From Stylophora pistillata (Eukaryota): a stretch of DNA of 63,725 bases. The notes beneath the pieces are model-generated. The model saw only the letters and a program-made list of their open reading frames with translations, had not been told where the DNA came from and searched no databases. Positions 13,401 through 27,898 of the stretch are shown here, in pieces. How positions within the stretch are numbered: position 1 is the first letter of the stretch; each line of letters opens with the position of its first letter. The DNA lies in NCBI RefSeq assembly GCF_002571385.2, contig NW_019218288.1, forward strand, positions 97,362 to 161,086. The letters are read 5' to 3'. A program made the position numbers and the translations under genes.

Positions 13401-16400
13401 AATAGTTGTACCTATTTGGCCGATCAGTATGGACTGTGTGACCTCCATTTTTACTTTAAAGAACTTGGCCCGATTACTATAGCCGTAGTTTAGAAAGTGA
13501 GCCCACGTTCGAGAATATCATCGAAGACCGAACTCGCCCAAACGGGAGAAATCGAGCCTAACAAAGAACTGATTATTATCGGCATAATGAGGCATCAAAC
13601 ATCTGAAGTAACATGCGTACCTGGAGAATTTGTGTGGGCCAAAAGCCAAAGCAACGAGCAGCGAAGCTCTGAAAGGCTTGGTAAGGAAGACGGGTCTTCA
13701 GAACAGGACTTTTTCTTATTGTCGGCTTCGAAAATAAAAAAGCGCCTGTTATGCAGGCTACCACAAAAGTAGAGTATGTTATTGTGTGCGCATAGTGTAA
13801 ACAACTTATAGAAAATATGAGATGATTTTTCCCGATCTTTAACTCCGCTTTATCTCAACATTTAGTTCTCCAGATTGACTTCACCTTTAGTATGGCTAGA
13901 GGCTGCAACTCAAGTGTTTTTTTCTGTTGGTGTTGGTTTTGGGACCCTCATTGCGATGGCAAGTTACAACCCAGTACATAACAACTGTCGGCGAGATGCC
14001 ATTCTTATTTCTTTGACTGATAGTTTGACCTCAGTCTTTGCTGCTGTTGTTGTTTTCTCCGTTCTCGGCTTCAAGGTGAGGTTTCGGCCTGGAAAGGTAG
14101 ATTTCTACCACACAAGTGAGCAAAAGGAACGGGAGAACGACTCACCCCGATAGCGTGTCAGGCGACTGGACTCGTTATGCGTTGGGATATTGCACGTAGT
14201 AAAAAGAAATGTGCAGTTCACTTAGTTACCAGGTTGAGGTTATAATAACATGTTTCTGCTGTAGTTGTTGTCGTCCGAGAACGGTTACAAGATTTTAATT
14301 CAAGTTTTTCAGCGTAAATAATTCAAAAAGACATTCTTCGTGTAGCTTCCGATGCGCTCTTTGTGACAATGTCAAAAAAATGCTTTTATCATTGGGCGTA
14401 ATTGAACCCTTTCATGATTAAAGAAAGAAAAAATGACTGCAAGACTACCAATTTGTTGGCATCTTGATTACCTCACTGCGCCATTCTCGTAATACTTTCG
14501 TCGAGAAAAAACACGAGACGCCCTATTGAAGCTAGTTTCTAGGACACTGCTCATTCCTCTGAGAGGACTCCAATGGAAAAGATTTTCAAATAGTTTTCTT
14601 TTTCTTTTTTGACAAACAAATTCGTTTGACTTTATTTTCGTAGGCACATGGATCGTACGACGAATGTTTGAGTCTATACGGTGGCGCAAACAATACTCAC
14701 CTTCCACTTGGAATAACAATTGAGGAAAAATGCCATAATCTAACATATTGGCTTTCTGAGGTAAGGATCTAAATAGTGGCAATAAAAGTGAACGAAGATG
14801 TTCAACAAGTAAATTTTTACTAATGTCTTCTCAGAAATTCGAAAATCAGGAAATTAATCCAAATTAAAGGACAAAATCAATAGTCTCTTGCTTCGAACCT
14901 CTACGACTGAATTGATTAGGATAGTACTGAAATATCAGTCTCGGCACAAACCTTCATTTTTTAAATGAATTTCCTTATCAGTCGTTTCAAGGTCCTGGCC
15001 TGACGTTCATAGCTTTCACTGAAGCCATCCTGAAGCTTCCCTTGTCTCCACTGTGGTCTGTGCTATTCTTCTCCATGTTGTTGTCTCTCGGGCTCGGGAG
15101 CATGTTCGGTATACTGGAGGGTGTGCTTAATTCCCTGCACGACCAGAGGTTGATTCCTCTGCGAAAAGAAGTACTGACAGGTAAATTAAGTTTTACTAAC
15201 TTTTTAGCCAAGTAACATAACAGAATTTCCATTTTGTGATATATTTTTTTCATTTGAGACTAAGAAAACCGTGAAGACTGATTTGATTCTTACCAGTCAA
15301 TAATACGCCGACTACCCAAAACAAACTTCAAGACACAAGAGCAAACCTCGAATCCAAAAACTAACCACCGCTCCTGTTTGCGTTTAGTTAATTGACACCC
15401 GATTGACTTTTTCCTTTTCTAACACAATACGCCATAAAACGTGGAGAAAATGCACGCAGCTAGCCTAAAGCGTGAAGAAAAACCTTGAACAACCATGTCG
15501 GCTTATACCATGATCTTTGAGTGACTGCTAGTCTCCTTTGCAGCCACGGTTTGTTGGTGGAAAGAGAAAGCGTTGTGTGACAAGACCAACCAAAGGCTGC
15601 GAAGGAGACGAGGTGAAAGTAGGAGTCCATAAACATCGTAATGGGCTCCTAGTAAATGGTTACGGATGTGATCTGTAACGAAAATAAAAAATTGGAAAAA
15701 AAAACGGGGAACACTTTGCACATTCCAGATGACAAAATATATAAGCTTATAAAAACACATTTTGTTGTCAGGTCTAACGTGTCTTGTGTGTCTGGCGGTT
15801 GGACTGCTCTTCTGTCAGACGTCAGGAGAGTACTGGCTGCAGATGTTTGACAGCTTTACAGGAACACTTCCGCTTCTGTTCATCTGCTTCTTTGAACTTG
15901 TTGGTGTTTCATGGGTCTACGGCGCCAACAGGTAATTATGGAAAGATAACGCTGTAATTTCATCCAAGGTTTGAAACAGCAAACGTTTCATTATTTAATG
16001 GAATAATTCATTGGGGCGGGAGTGGAAAAAAGAGTTCTTGTGATCCCAGTCCGCATGGTGGTATGGCCATCTTCACTGACCCAATGAAACAAATAACTAA
16101 CCAAGCAAGTAAAGGTCAGAAAAGACTTCATTGGAAGTAAATGTAAGAATAAACTATGGGTGGTACTCATGTAATAAATGTTTCTCGCCCATGCAGAGAT
16201 TATTCGCCGCAGATCGTCTGAAGCTATGCGCCAGTGATTAGCGCAGATTTAGGAAACAATAAGGTTTCTAAAAAGTTCATTTCTCTTGCTATCAGACACA
16301 CCTTTACCTGTGGTGTCAATTTATACAGAACAATTATCCCCCTGCACTAACATTCTTTCACTGGATACTCAGAACGATCGGCAACACAGTTCTAAACTAT

Positions 16401-17308
16401 CTTTCGCGCTTTGATTTGCAGGTTTTACGACGACATCGAGTACATGCTCCACATACGACCTGGCTTGTACTGGAAAATAACTTGGAGATTTGTGTCCCCT
16501 TCGATAGTTTTGGTCATCTTTGTCTGGAGCGTGTTAAACCTTGGACTAAAACCGATTACTTATTCGGTTTGGAACAGCAAGGAGGTACCGACAACACTTC
16601 CTCGAATATCTGCATAAAACGGAAGTTGGGGGCTTTGGGCAGAGCATTTCAATAACCCGTCATATTATAAACGAGCAGGGGACTGGGAACGAATTCTTTA
16701 TTTCATCAAATGAAAAGGCTTTGCCCGTCGCTGGGAATAAAAGTCTGTTTACTCAGTTGAATTTTTTTCATAACACATAAACATAGTAAATGTGGAACGA
16801 TTCGGACGTCCCTCTAATCCATACTAATCTTTCGTCAGAACAAATCATCACACGAAATTAGTGGAGAGAGGATGGCGTTATACAGTAAGATAAGATAAAA
16901 CCCTCGCTCGGTTTCTGCCATCCTCGTCGAGCCTGGTCATAGTTTGAATGGCTTTAGTTAACTAACAAAGGCATTACAAAAACGTGCCTTTCATCCTTTC
17001 ATGACTGCATAATCAAACAGTATTGTTTACTGAGATTATCGATAATTTCTAGAGGATTATAATTCATAAAAAACTATTGACAACTCCTTTTTCTTTAATT
17101 TCAGGGCGACGTCAAGAATGTGGAGTTTCCTAGTTGGTGTTTCTTTGTCATTGTGTTTCTCATCTGCGCCTCTTGTCTTTGTATACCAGCGGTGTTCTTT
17201 CTAAGACTGTACCAAAGAGTGACCTCAACGAGAAGGAGAGGTACGGAGATTGTGCGTGACTTGCTGGAATCGTCTGCAAAGAAACCGCCTGAGAAGAACA
17301 CAGAATGA
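10407..17308 (+). CDS. SLC6 neutral amino acid transporter, paralog B (9 exons, ~623 aa)
   Basis: Exons 10407-10656, 12440-12897, 13035-13145, 13866-14075, 14644-14760, 14982-15180, 15772-15931, 16422-16584, 17105-17308; 1872 nt in frame. Motifs [26 protein letters not shown] and LGLGSMFG. Confidence 0.94.
15529..15611. mobile_element. Very short MITE-like hairpin
   Basis: TAGTCTCCTTTGCAGCC ... GGCTGCGAAGGAGACGA inverted termini. Confidence 0.55.
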
Positions 17309-20300
17309 CTTACATCTTTTAATCTCAAAGAGATTCCAGTTTTAATGTCATAAACATAGAATAAAACGGTATCAGTTCTCAGGTCTCTGAGAGTGGCGCG
17401 GCGCAAACTGAATGCTAAATGCTCTATTTCTGTGATGTTTCGCTTTCAAATGATGCTACAGAGACAACTCCTTTGCAGAAGCCTCAACCGTTTTGAAGAG
17501 CAAAAGCGATGCAGAGAAGAGAGCTAAGAATGAAGAATCAAATGAACTCAGTAGAATTTTCAGCTATCACAACATTCATTTCTTTGCCAAACACACATGT
17601 CATCACTCAAGTCGTCTGAATGTCTAACCACATTACCCACATATACTTTGTTTGGCGAACCAGGAGTTTCAAAATTCCTAGAAATATATGACCCATACCG
17701 GGCGCTTTTCATTAAAACGGTGGGAGAGTCACATTTAAGAATTAACAGACTCTTTCCTGCCAAATTTATACTTTCCTCGTATCGTACCCGACTTACACAC
17801 TGTTAATTCACATCAAAGGAATTACGATTGGTGAAACCAAACAATTTATCCTAACAAATCCTAAGGTAGAATGTCTTTTACTAAACGTAAAATTTACTCT
17901 GTGATTTCTACGTTGTGCAAAGTATAAATACCGTATCATCATGTGTTAAAATTAAAAGGTACGGGTAACACTTTTCTGTAAAAGATATATTTAGAAATTA
18001 AATTCTAGGAACGTGTGGCGGATATGACGCCGACATCATACTGATATCTTGATATGTAAAGCGACAGAAACTAAAATACCCCTTGTGAACACATTTCACT
18101 TTTCTGCCTATTATTGGTTTCGAACTAAGGAAAATAAATCTGATGGGTCAAACCGACCAAGAAGGGCGGTTACTTAGCACTTTCAGTATCGAACGATTTT
18201 CAGAGCAATTCATCAATTGGTTCCTCATCATAAGTCAGAAGTTTCGAGGTACGATCTTTCAAGTTTGATCCGCACGAGTTTTCAAATACGATAGCTTTGG
18301 GCTGGTACACAAGATCTAGATCACCATCTTATATCAATAAAGACATCAAACCATCAACACAGGGAATAGCAGGGTTACATCTCGGAGACGGGGCCAGACG
18401 GGTATTTCGGTTTCATATGGCAAAGTGTCTAAAAAAAAAAAACAACCGGCCTAACGACAGGTAAAAGAAGGAACGGTTCAATTAGTTTACTTTGTCATCC
18501 TATTTCAACTTTCACGTACTGTTACGTTCCCACCTTGAATCTCTTTGTTGCGAAATAAACCCTAACAGAGCAGAAGGTAACTCTCTCTCGTGTTTTGGCG
18601 GGAGAGTAAAGCGGGAAACGTGGCAACCACAATGGAAATGAAAAATGTCGTAATTTGCATATACTACAGCCGCCTTTAAGTAATACACAGCTGCGTAGAA
18701 ATCATTTCGATTCGACTTCAGTCCCATCGATAAGAATCAGTTTTTAATCGATATGGATCAGTTTTTAATCAACTAGATTCCTTCCCCTTCCACTATGACC
18801 CGGCAAAATTCAAACTTCGATCACTGATCGCTCGACAGATTTCAAGAGCGAAAAATGCACTTTTTTTAGTTTTCATGAATAAACAACCCATGAAATTTGC
18901 TTTAGGAAATGAACCGCGACGAGTAGTTAACGAAATGAAGAAATTGAGCATTGTGAGCAGCACTGTGGTGAAATCTGAACCAGGGTTAGAGATGATCAAA
19001 TGTGCCTTTTAAATGGAAATAAAGCCCCTGAAATAGATCACTACAACAAATTAGTGATGCATGAATGAAAAAGCGGCGGCAGTTACTGTAACACGCTCAT
19101 CTCTCACTGTGCAATCTTGAAAATGCCAATGTCAAGTCGTTGAGTATTGATTAAAAGAAGTCTCTTTCAATTATATATATATCTATATATTTCCCGGCGA
19201 GATTAGCACGTGCCTTCAAAACGATATTGAAGTTTCTCTTTCTCTTTGTAAACGAAACTTGCTAAACACCATGTTTACGGAAGGCTCTGTGGGTGAATTT
19301 TGATCAAAGCTCAGTTGAATCGTATCATGCTATTATTTCGCTCCAACAATTCATATTTTCAGAGAAATATCACGCAAAGACCAATGAAAGGAAGAAACAA
19401 GTGCGTCATACATTTCGACGCAATAGATACAGGTAAAACCAGAACGGTGAAACACCCAATACCGTTGCGTAATAGAAAGTGAAATATCGGAATGAACAAA
19501 GGCGCTGATTGGCTACCTACCTTCCCGCTTGATTTGACCTATTGTCCGTCTGTTAATGCAAATTAAAATTTCAGCTGGGTTGACTTTAGCATCGAATTAT
19601 TGGTACGTATTCCACGTGGTGTTTAGACGGTGATTATTTGCGTCCTTTGGATCTCTATTATTGGTATGTTTAGGGTGACTTTTTAGTAGATAGATCTCAT
19701 GCTTGAACTTATTAAGACAGCTCTCTGCGATTACTTGGTCAGGAAAACCGCACAGAGACCACTGTAGAGTTTTCAAAGTGATTCAAAACACACGGCGAAG
19801 CGAGGCAAAAGGTACCTTAAACACGGGAAATTTGATGATTTCAATTGACTACAGCCCTCTTCTTTCAACAAAAAGATCGTTCGCTACCTTTCAGTGACTC
19901 CCAATTCATTCACAACTTTTTTATTTTGGCGCCCTTGGTACTAGTAGAGTCGTTTTTACGCGCTTGCCGTAAACCCGAACATGTGAAAACATGTAAACAC
20001 CGTTGGCGCTTTGTCGGAGTTAAACATTAATAACTGAAAGGGAAGAAATGACTAGTCAGAATTTGATTTCTCGTCACACCGGGAAACGGCTTGAGACAAA
20101 AACAACGGGAAGTGAACAAAAAATGCCAATGGTTTTATATGCCAAGGATGCGTTCTGTTCATTCGAAGCTCCCTGAAGCCCTCGAAAACGTATCTGCTAT
20201 TTAAGATTCTTCACGTGACTTCTGTAGTGTACACTTGCACGTGGCGGAAGAACTTTTTTCTTGAATAATTCCATCATATCGTTGTGGAATTAATGGAACT

Positions 20301-20721
20301 AGAGTGATTTCATTTGACTTGAGTCATAGGTGATCTCTTGGCAATACTTATTATTCAATTTTCTGTACAGGTCTCACTAGAATTTGTAGTATTGTTATTT
20401 ACCTCACTTGAAATATGTACTTTTTACTTGAATGAAACCTAATATGATCGATCAAATCACTCAGACTTTACCATTCGGCAGTTTGTTTTGGATAACATAT
20501 AAAACTGATATTTTTTTTCAGCGTTATGGAAGGTTTCTGACCACCTTTCGAACAATTTGTACTGTTCTTAACATTTTCGAAGATACGTTTTTGTGATGGA
20601 ACAATATGAGGCAATATAAACAAAACATCGTCGTTTTAGGTGACACGGGATTGAACTGTGTCGCTATTTTACGGGTGACTTACTTAAGTATGAAAGATGT
20701 GCTTCATGATCGGTTGTATTG

Positions 20722-20937
20722 AATAGTCCATTTTACAGTTGTGTGCTTGGTTGCCAAGCCTTTGAATGGGAAGCTAGGGTTGACCATGTTATGATACAAA
20801 CCTTGCTGCCTTTCAAATGTAAATCACTTTGTTATAATGCTAAGTAGATACAGGTCTCTATCACAACAGGGTCACCTTCAGCCTCACTCTGAATCAAAGG
20901 CTTGGCAATTAAGTACACAACTGTTAAATGGCCTATT
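20722..20937. mobile_element. MITE
   Basis: ~40-bp TIRs AATAGTCCATTTTACAGTTGTGTGCTTGGTTGCCAAGCCTTTG / CAAAGGCTTGGCAATTAAGTACACAACTGTTAAATGGCCTATT. Confidence 0.78.
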
Positions 20938-23900
20938 TTCTCATAATGAAATATAAACATAGTCATTGGCATAAAAGTGAAATGCACTGTTGTGTGTATG
21001 GATCAAGACAACGTTTACCCAGTCAGTGTATGCTAAGACGGAGAAAATTTCATTTTAACTGAACAATTTCTCAAACCCGTCTAGCAGCCACTATTTTTGG
21101 GTGCGTGATTCAGACTCTTACAAAACAACCAGCTTTGCATTTAAAAAAAATTACTAGACATTTCAAAAGAAAGAAATGAATGATCGATAGTCCTTTTGAA
21201 AAGTTTTTATCTAATTTTGCATAATTATATGAGAACAAAAACAACGATAAGGAACAGTGTCTTATCTGGCTCGAAAACGAGGTTAGTCACATGAACCCTT
21301 AGCAACCAGGCCGGCCATGATTGTGGAGGTGTCTTTGGTTAAGTCACTATAGTTGTCCTGACAACATTTGCGTTTCAGTGAGGTTAAACGCTTTTTGAAA
21401 TAATAAATTGATGCTGGTTTATGTAAGGATGTCTTAAGCAGCACTTTGCTACTTGGGGCTCTCCTCTTATCATGTGCAATAAATTGCAGGTAAATAGTCA
21501 TGAACCGCCATAGTTGGGAGGTAAACCCGTTGGTTCTTGGCGAAACATTTGAATTCGGCACGAGTGAAAACAGAAAATTTAAAGAATTACAGTGGAGGAT
21601 TTGAAATAAGAACCTGATTTCAAATCCACTCGGTCATACTGCTCCCACATCTTCAAAAAAATTGCAAATGCAGAGTTCCTCCGTTTGCCTGCCCTTAAAC
21701 CACTGATAAAGGTATCCATGGTGTTTAGAACAGGCGTGAAAATCAAATTTGTTTCGAAACAGTTCGTCTCATGTTCACGTGATACTGTTTAGCCCCAAGT
21801 GTCGTTTTAAATGACAATATAATCATAATTTGTTGCGACAAGTGTTTGGTGCTGTAAGTGGAAAGTTTAGAGTTAAATTTCAAGTCACGGTATGTTTTCG
21901 GATTAGCACGCGATTTTGGTGGACCTGCTAACAAAAACTATTGTGCGAAACAAAATAAACACAATATAATTTGACTACTGTTTACTCGCGCAAAGTTGGT
22001 GGTTCAACAGTCTTTTATTTTTCGATCGCTTGATTTAGACGACGCAGAACTATAGATATCTGTAATATAAACAAACCATTCAAAATTCGCACATGATGTG
22101 CATGGACGTTGGGCCATGTGATTGGCAGTGATCTGTTTTAACTGGTAACGTACGCATACACAACAAGTCCAGCATAGAACTTCAAAGAATAATGGCGCAT
22201 TGCTTTCAAGACATCCAGCTGAGGTGTATTCAAAATTTGTCATCTAATTTCCCATATTTATGCATAACAAAAACGATACGACAACAAAAATTAAGTAAAT
22301 GGTGTTGCCTTGTCTGGAGGTGGTATGTGCAGAAAAATTCTCTCTCTTCTTCCTGCAAGGTAGCCTTGCAAAACGGAGAATTCTCCATTTTCCTCAAAAG
22401 AGGGTTAGTATTTATAGCAATGTTACTTGAGTACAGAAATTTCAAACAAAAATATGTTACCTTCAGCAGACACGCTTGATTTATGAACTTCGTGAACTAG
22501 CTTGCACTCCACGCATGCGATATATTTGTAACATCAAACACTGATTTCAACAAACGAGAAAAATATCGTTGAGACCCGAAATTACAGTACCACATCTCCA
22601 ATGAGTTAAAAAATATTTTGAGAACCTCTTGACCGCGAATGTGACTCGGGAACACCATCAAATGAAATCAAGTGAAACTATCACTAGACTTTCAATTAAG
22701 GTAAGTGTGACTTTTTTTTGTTGCACCGTGATCCGTGAAGTAGGTTTTCATTCGCAATCTCACGGTTCACTTCACTGAAAATGCGCCAAGAAGATAAGAA
22801 TCTACTTGACCTACTGAACCGTTTTGCAAAGACATAAAACTGAGTTACGTGTGTTTAAACAACAATGGAAGGCCTCGAGGCCAAAGAACCCGTGGGAAAC
22901 CAGAATTTGTTCTTGTTTTCTTTTCGAAACCTTTGGTATACTGGCGCTAAAATTTTATTCCAAGCGACGCACAAATATATCCTCATTAAGAGTAAATGGA
23001 AATCGATAAGTATAAAAGTAGCTCCTAACATAGGACGTTTCTGTATTGTTAGTTGTCGAATCACGTGGCAAACATGGTGTTTTAATTTACTTGTTATGGA
23101 ATTGTTTCGCTTTCTTGCGAAAGATGAATGAAAACGTGTTTTGAATCGCCACCAACATAGTATGTGGATTCATAAACGAACTGTAACTTGCCAGTTCTGA
23201 AGCTTTTTAATGATGTGGTGGCGAATGACGAAATATCAACTTTTGATCCTGTATAATCAAACACTGAATATTGAAATTCCAACTTGAGCTTGTCTAAGTT
23301 TAGCGTGTGCATCTTTATGTTTATGTTTCCTGTGCAGCGAACCAACTGATACTTAACAGGATACTTAGCGGGAAAAATAAAGGAATTTGTTTTCGTAAAG
23401 TTTCCAACAAGATTCCAGACGCTCAGTGTGAAATAATAAAAGAAAACAACATTTAAGTTCAGTAACGATTATAACAACTATTGTCTTGAAAATTCCGTGT
23501 ATGTCTTGGAAGGAACCCAGACATCTCAGAGGCGTGACAGGTACAATAGCTATTATTGGTTAATATGCCACATCCTGTAAATGCCGGGAATAGACCGGTA
23601 CACAGGTCACGGGTTGAAATTGTAATAAAAAGAGCTCTCTTAATCTTTGCCAAGTTAGTCAATTGCCCGGCTTTCGTCCCTGTGCCAAAGTGTCTGTCGA
23701 TCAACCTTAGAAGGTAAGAACTATGTCATAAATATCATTCTTAAATCTTTCCAATTATTCATGGCTTCCACAGTTTGGCCCATTCATCAGTACATTTTTA
23801 AGTGGATCAAAACATTAGGTCAGCACACTTTTCTAGTTCGCAAACTCTTTGAAATGGCCATATTTTGAAACCGAATTTTCTCATAAAACATCAAAAAGAA

Positions 23901-25480
23901 TAACCGAATCATAATTTTGATTTTCAGGAACCTGTATTAAATCAAATTAATTAATTGACTGCACATTTCGATGGCACACAAGGAATTGGAAGACTGATTA
24001 ATAACATCTCTGTTTTGCATTGCGAAATCTATGCGTGAGAATAATTGTGTACTACAGAAGAGTACGCTATCAAGCGCCCTGTATTAGGAGCATAAACAAA
24101 CAGAAATCATTTTACCTTATAATCATAGAATTAATTTAAAATCGAATCATGTACTGTTGCCGTTATAATGCTTTTGCCGGCCACGACCACATTTTTGGAT
24201 TGAAAGTCCGGCCTTCACAGATTTCAAGCTCGGTTGAACAAAACTGAGTTAAATTTGACAGCACCACTTGTCGTCAGTTTGTCGGCCGGCAACCACAATT
24301 TGGGAGTTTCGCTAAGTAAGTCAGAGAAATCTTTTTTCCAATTTACGAAAAACTTCCAACTTTCCACGAAATTGTGAGCGAGTTGTCGCGCCTCGCGTGA
24401 TTTTCGCGAGCTCCATGAGTCCCAGAAGACATGATCAACCTTTGGCGGGAAATTTCTCGGCCCCCTCTTGAAGCGTCACATGGTATTTGTTTCGCTTCAG
24501 TGGTGAAAGTTGTACCACATGCGAAGTTTATAATACCTGAGCATCATCGAATTTACCTCCAAGTCAGGACCTAAAACGCTGTGTGGTAACATTCATAGGT
24601 CAGCTTAGCGCCTTGAAAACACTGGCTTCACCTTGAAGGAAAGAGCAAAAAGTTAGAGCCTCAACACACTTGGCTCACCTGAATAGAGTTGTCACATTGT
24701 TTTGACAGCTTTGTTGAACGTAGGCGCCATATTTGAACTCTTGACGTCACAAATAGACGAATTTAGTCGCCTGTAGGGGTTCTGTGCATGTGTGTGTGTG
24801 TGTGTGTGCTTTTTTTTTTTCAGCAACCACTAAGATAGGCGTTTGGTTTTTCAAGTAGGCGAAGGGACCTCAGAAAAGTTCAATTTCGACTACAAATTTT
24901 CCAAAAAGAGAGTTAATCTTTTCGACTCGCATGATCACTCTTTTTTTTTTTTTTCTAATATCGATACGGGTCAGCTCTGGCTGAGAATAGAGTAAGACAA
25001 TTTTGTTCGAGTTTTCCTTCCTTTTTTCTCAAAAATTGTCACATTCATTTAAACCTGAGGGTACTTTTTACAGTTTAACCTGTGTTAAAGGTCAAGCTAC
25101 AGCTTAAGGAAAAAAATCCAGTGATAAAAACTGTAAGTAACCACAGAATTCGAATGTTAAACATTTCATCCGACATATCATACTGTTAGCGTCTACGTTC
25201 CCAAAACGCACACTTCTGATTAAACGTGTTATAAACCTTCAAGAAACGGGCAAGTAGACTTAAAAGATAATATAACAAACGAATCTTAGCAACTTGTGAG
25301 GAAATATTCAGCCCTTAGCTAAAAGTTAAAGAGCGTAAATTCAACGCGAAGGAGAGCCATATGGTTATTACCATGCATATTAAGCAGCTTTGGTCCGCGT
25401 GAGCTGACCATCGTTTCAGTAATCACTGTTTTGTGTTGCAGAAACGTAAAGAGTGACTTCATCATTTCTAAGGATTACAA

Positions 25481-25742
25481 ATGGCCAAAGAAGAGGATCT
25501 TGAGTATTCGGACACCAAGAAGATAGCCTTCAACGTCGAGACCGAGGAAATTGAGGAGATCAATAACCCGCATCCGACCACCGACATTGAAAGTAATGGA
25601 GTAACCGTGCGTATCTACGAAGCTGATAGCGACCGTGGCAAGTGGGGCAATCAAATCGAGTTCGTTCTCGCAGCCATCGGATTTGCGGTTGGTCTTGGAA
25701 ATGTATGGCGTTTTCCCTACCTTTGCCAGAAAAATGGTGGAG
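25481..25742 (+). CDS. Alternative (duplicated) first coding exon 1a of SLC6 paralog C: N-terminus plus TM1
   Basis: MAKEEDLE...[34 protein letters not shown] ending at a phase-1 donor G|GTAAT, with an upstream acceptor ttgcag at 25441. No exon-2 homolog appears before 31427. Confidence 0.85.
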
Positions 25743-27346
25743 GTAATATGGCCTTTTCTTTACTACTTGTTTTGTCGGCATCTAAGTAAAATCTTTCCAC
25801 TAAGATGTTTACTGGTAGTAAAATGAATGCACAAGAAAAAGTTTTGAAGAAAAAAATCTGACCATTTCCCTAGCTACGAAATTATCTATGTATTTCACAT
25901 GTGAATTCTGTTTCTACGGAGAGTACTTTTTCAGGTGTATTCATCGTGTTAAAACGTGATATTTTTAATTCATCAATGGAACCTTCCGCATGATAAATTG
26001 ACTAATTTTACGACCAGGACGGAACAAAAGTTTTCGCTTTATTTTTGTTCTGAAATTCCTGTTCGAATTGAATTTTTAAGCTTTATCACTTTTGTAGGAC
26101 TGATTATGCTTCACGACGTCTCTTTTCTGCTCTTATCCATTTTCTCCTTGTATTCTATTTACAAGTAAACAGAGCTTGTCCGCCATTCATTCGCATTTGA
26201 CCACAATGACGAAGTGAAAAATAGCGATTCCAAAATACGCCATCATTCGACTAAGTGTATGTATTTCTTGAATATTTATTCTGCTATATTTCAACAAAAA
26301 CTTAAATTCGAAAACATTTTATGAAAATATGAGAAAATAGAAAAGAAACTGTGAATTAAATACTACGCCACAAATTCACCTAAATCGATTTGCATGACCG
26401 CGAACGCAGTTAGTCATAAAATATAACTATCCTCACGCATAATAAAATAAAGTGGATTTACGGAGAAAAAAATCGCCGTTTATTCCTCACTCTTCTTTCT
26501 ACCTCAAGGCTCTTTTTCAAGCCCATCACTACCACAAGAAAATCGAAGTGACGTTTTTCGCCTGTGCTATTGTAAGAACAAAATGTTCAGTTTTCCTCGT
26601 CGATCTCGTTTTCCGGCTAACTTCTGTTAGCTTGTTATCAGTAGTTATTTCACCATAAATTCTTATCAATCACAAAAATCTTTTTAATTCTGTATCGTTA
26701 ACTCAAATCAAAAGGGCGAGTATTTCGAATAACAGAGGGCAATTTATTTTTCCTTAATCAATGACTTTTACGCCAACGTTCAATATCACGTGTATTTGTT
26801 TACGTTTTTTTTCTTCCCGCCATTAATTTCGAGCGCTATGTATCATGTGACGGGGAACTTCTTTGGGCGACGAGTTGCAGCAGTAATCGGCATACTTTGT
26901 TTTTCACTGTTTTACCTCAGCGGCCACTTTTTCAGTTCACTTTTAGAGAACATAAAAGGAAGAAAAATATCTATTTTTAAATCGAAAGCCTCTTTTCATC
27001 ATTTTTTTTTTCTTAGCCATCAGGAATGATGTGATTCAGTACATCTGGAAAAAAATTATCAACCAATTTTTACCACTTTTAAAAAGAGTAATAAAACTAT
27101 CTCCCCTTCTCCCAAAAAGAGACAGAAATGGTATTGTCATTTCGGAAAGCCTAGGACCAAACTGGTGTTGATTGTGTTGCTAGCTTAATTCAGCCATATC
27201 TAAACCGTGATCTTCCTAAGTTCAAAGAGAAATCAGAGGAAAATCTTGAAAATTGGGCGGACTTATTCTCAAGACTTCTTTTCGCCACAATTTTGGGATT
27301 CCTAGGACTATAGTCCATAAGTTGTGGGATCAAGTTATTGACATAA

Positions 27347-27898
27347 GGGAGCATTCATTATTTATGGGAGGGGGTGGGCTGGCAAGATTTTCAGTGAGAC
27401 TAAATAACAAAATATCCTGACTCCGCTCTATGAGAATTAAAAATGTCATGACCCCTCTAGTGGTAATTGCAAAAATAGCGAGCCCCCCTCCCCCCCAAGA
27501 CTATCAAAGCAGCTAGGTTAAAAGAAGTGAAAAATATCTTTCAGATATTTAGTGTTGTTGCAGAAACACCTTGAAAATACAGTTCTAGAGTTTAAAATCT
27601 AAAGTTGATGTAAAATGGGTGACATGATATAAGAGATATCCTATGTTACTGTGTCCAGCTTGGTATGGTACTGTCTGCAAAGTTAGCTATTGTTCCTTAT
27701 ATCTTCAATGGTGGGTAGTAGAAATGTTCTACAAACTTAAACCTACATTTGTAGATGATATGTAATAAAAAAAGCTTTTGACCCCCCTACATTATTCCCA
27801 AATTTGTCTAATGACCCCCCATTTTAGTTCCTGAATTTATCATGACCCCCCCATTATTCTTGCCAGCCCTCCCCCCGCCATAAATAATGTAGGCTCCC
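27347..27898. mobile_element. Tourist/PIF-Harbinger-like MITE
   Basis: TIRs GGGAGCATTCATTATTTATGG / CCATAAATAATGTAGGCTCCC flanked by a TAA target-site duplication (27344-27346, 27899-27901). Confidence 0.8.
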
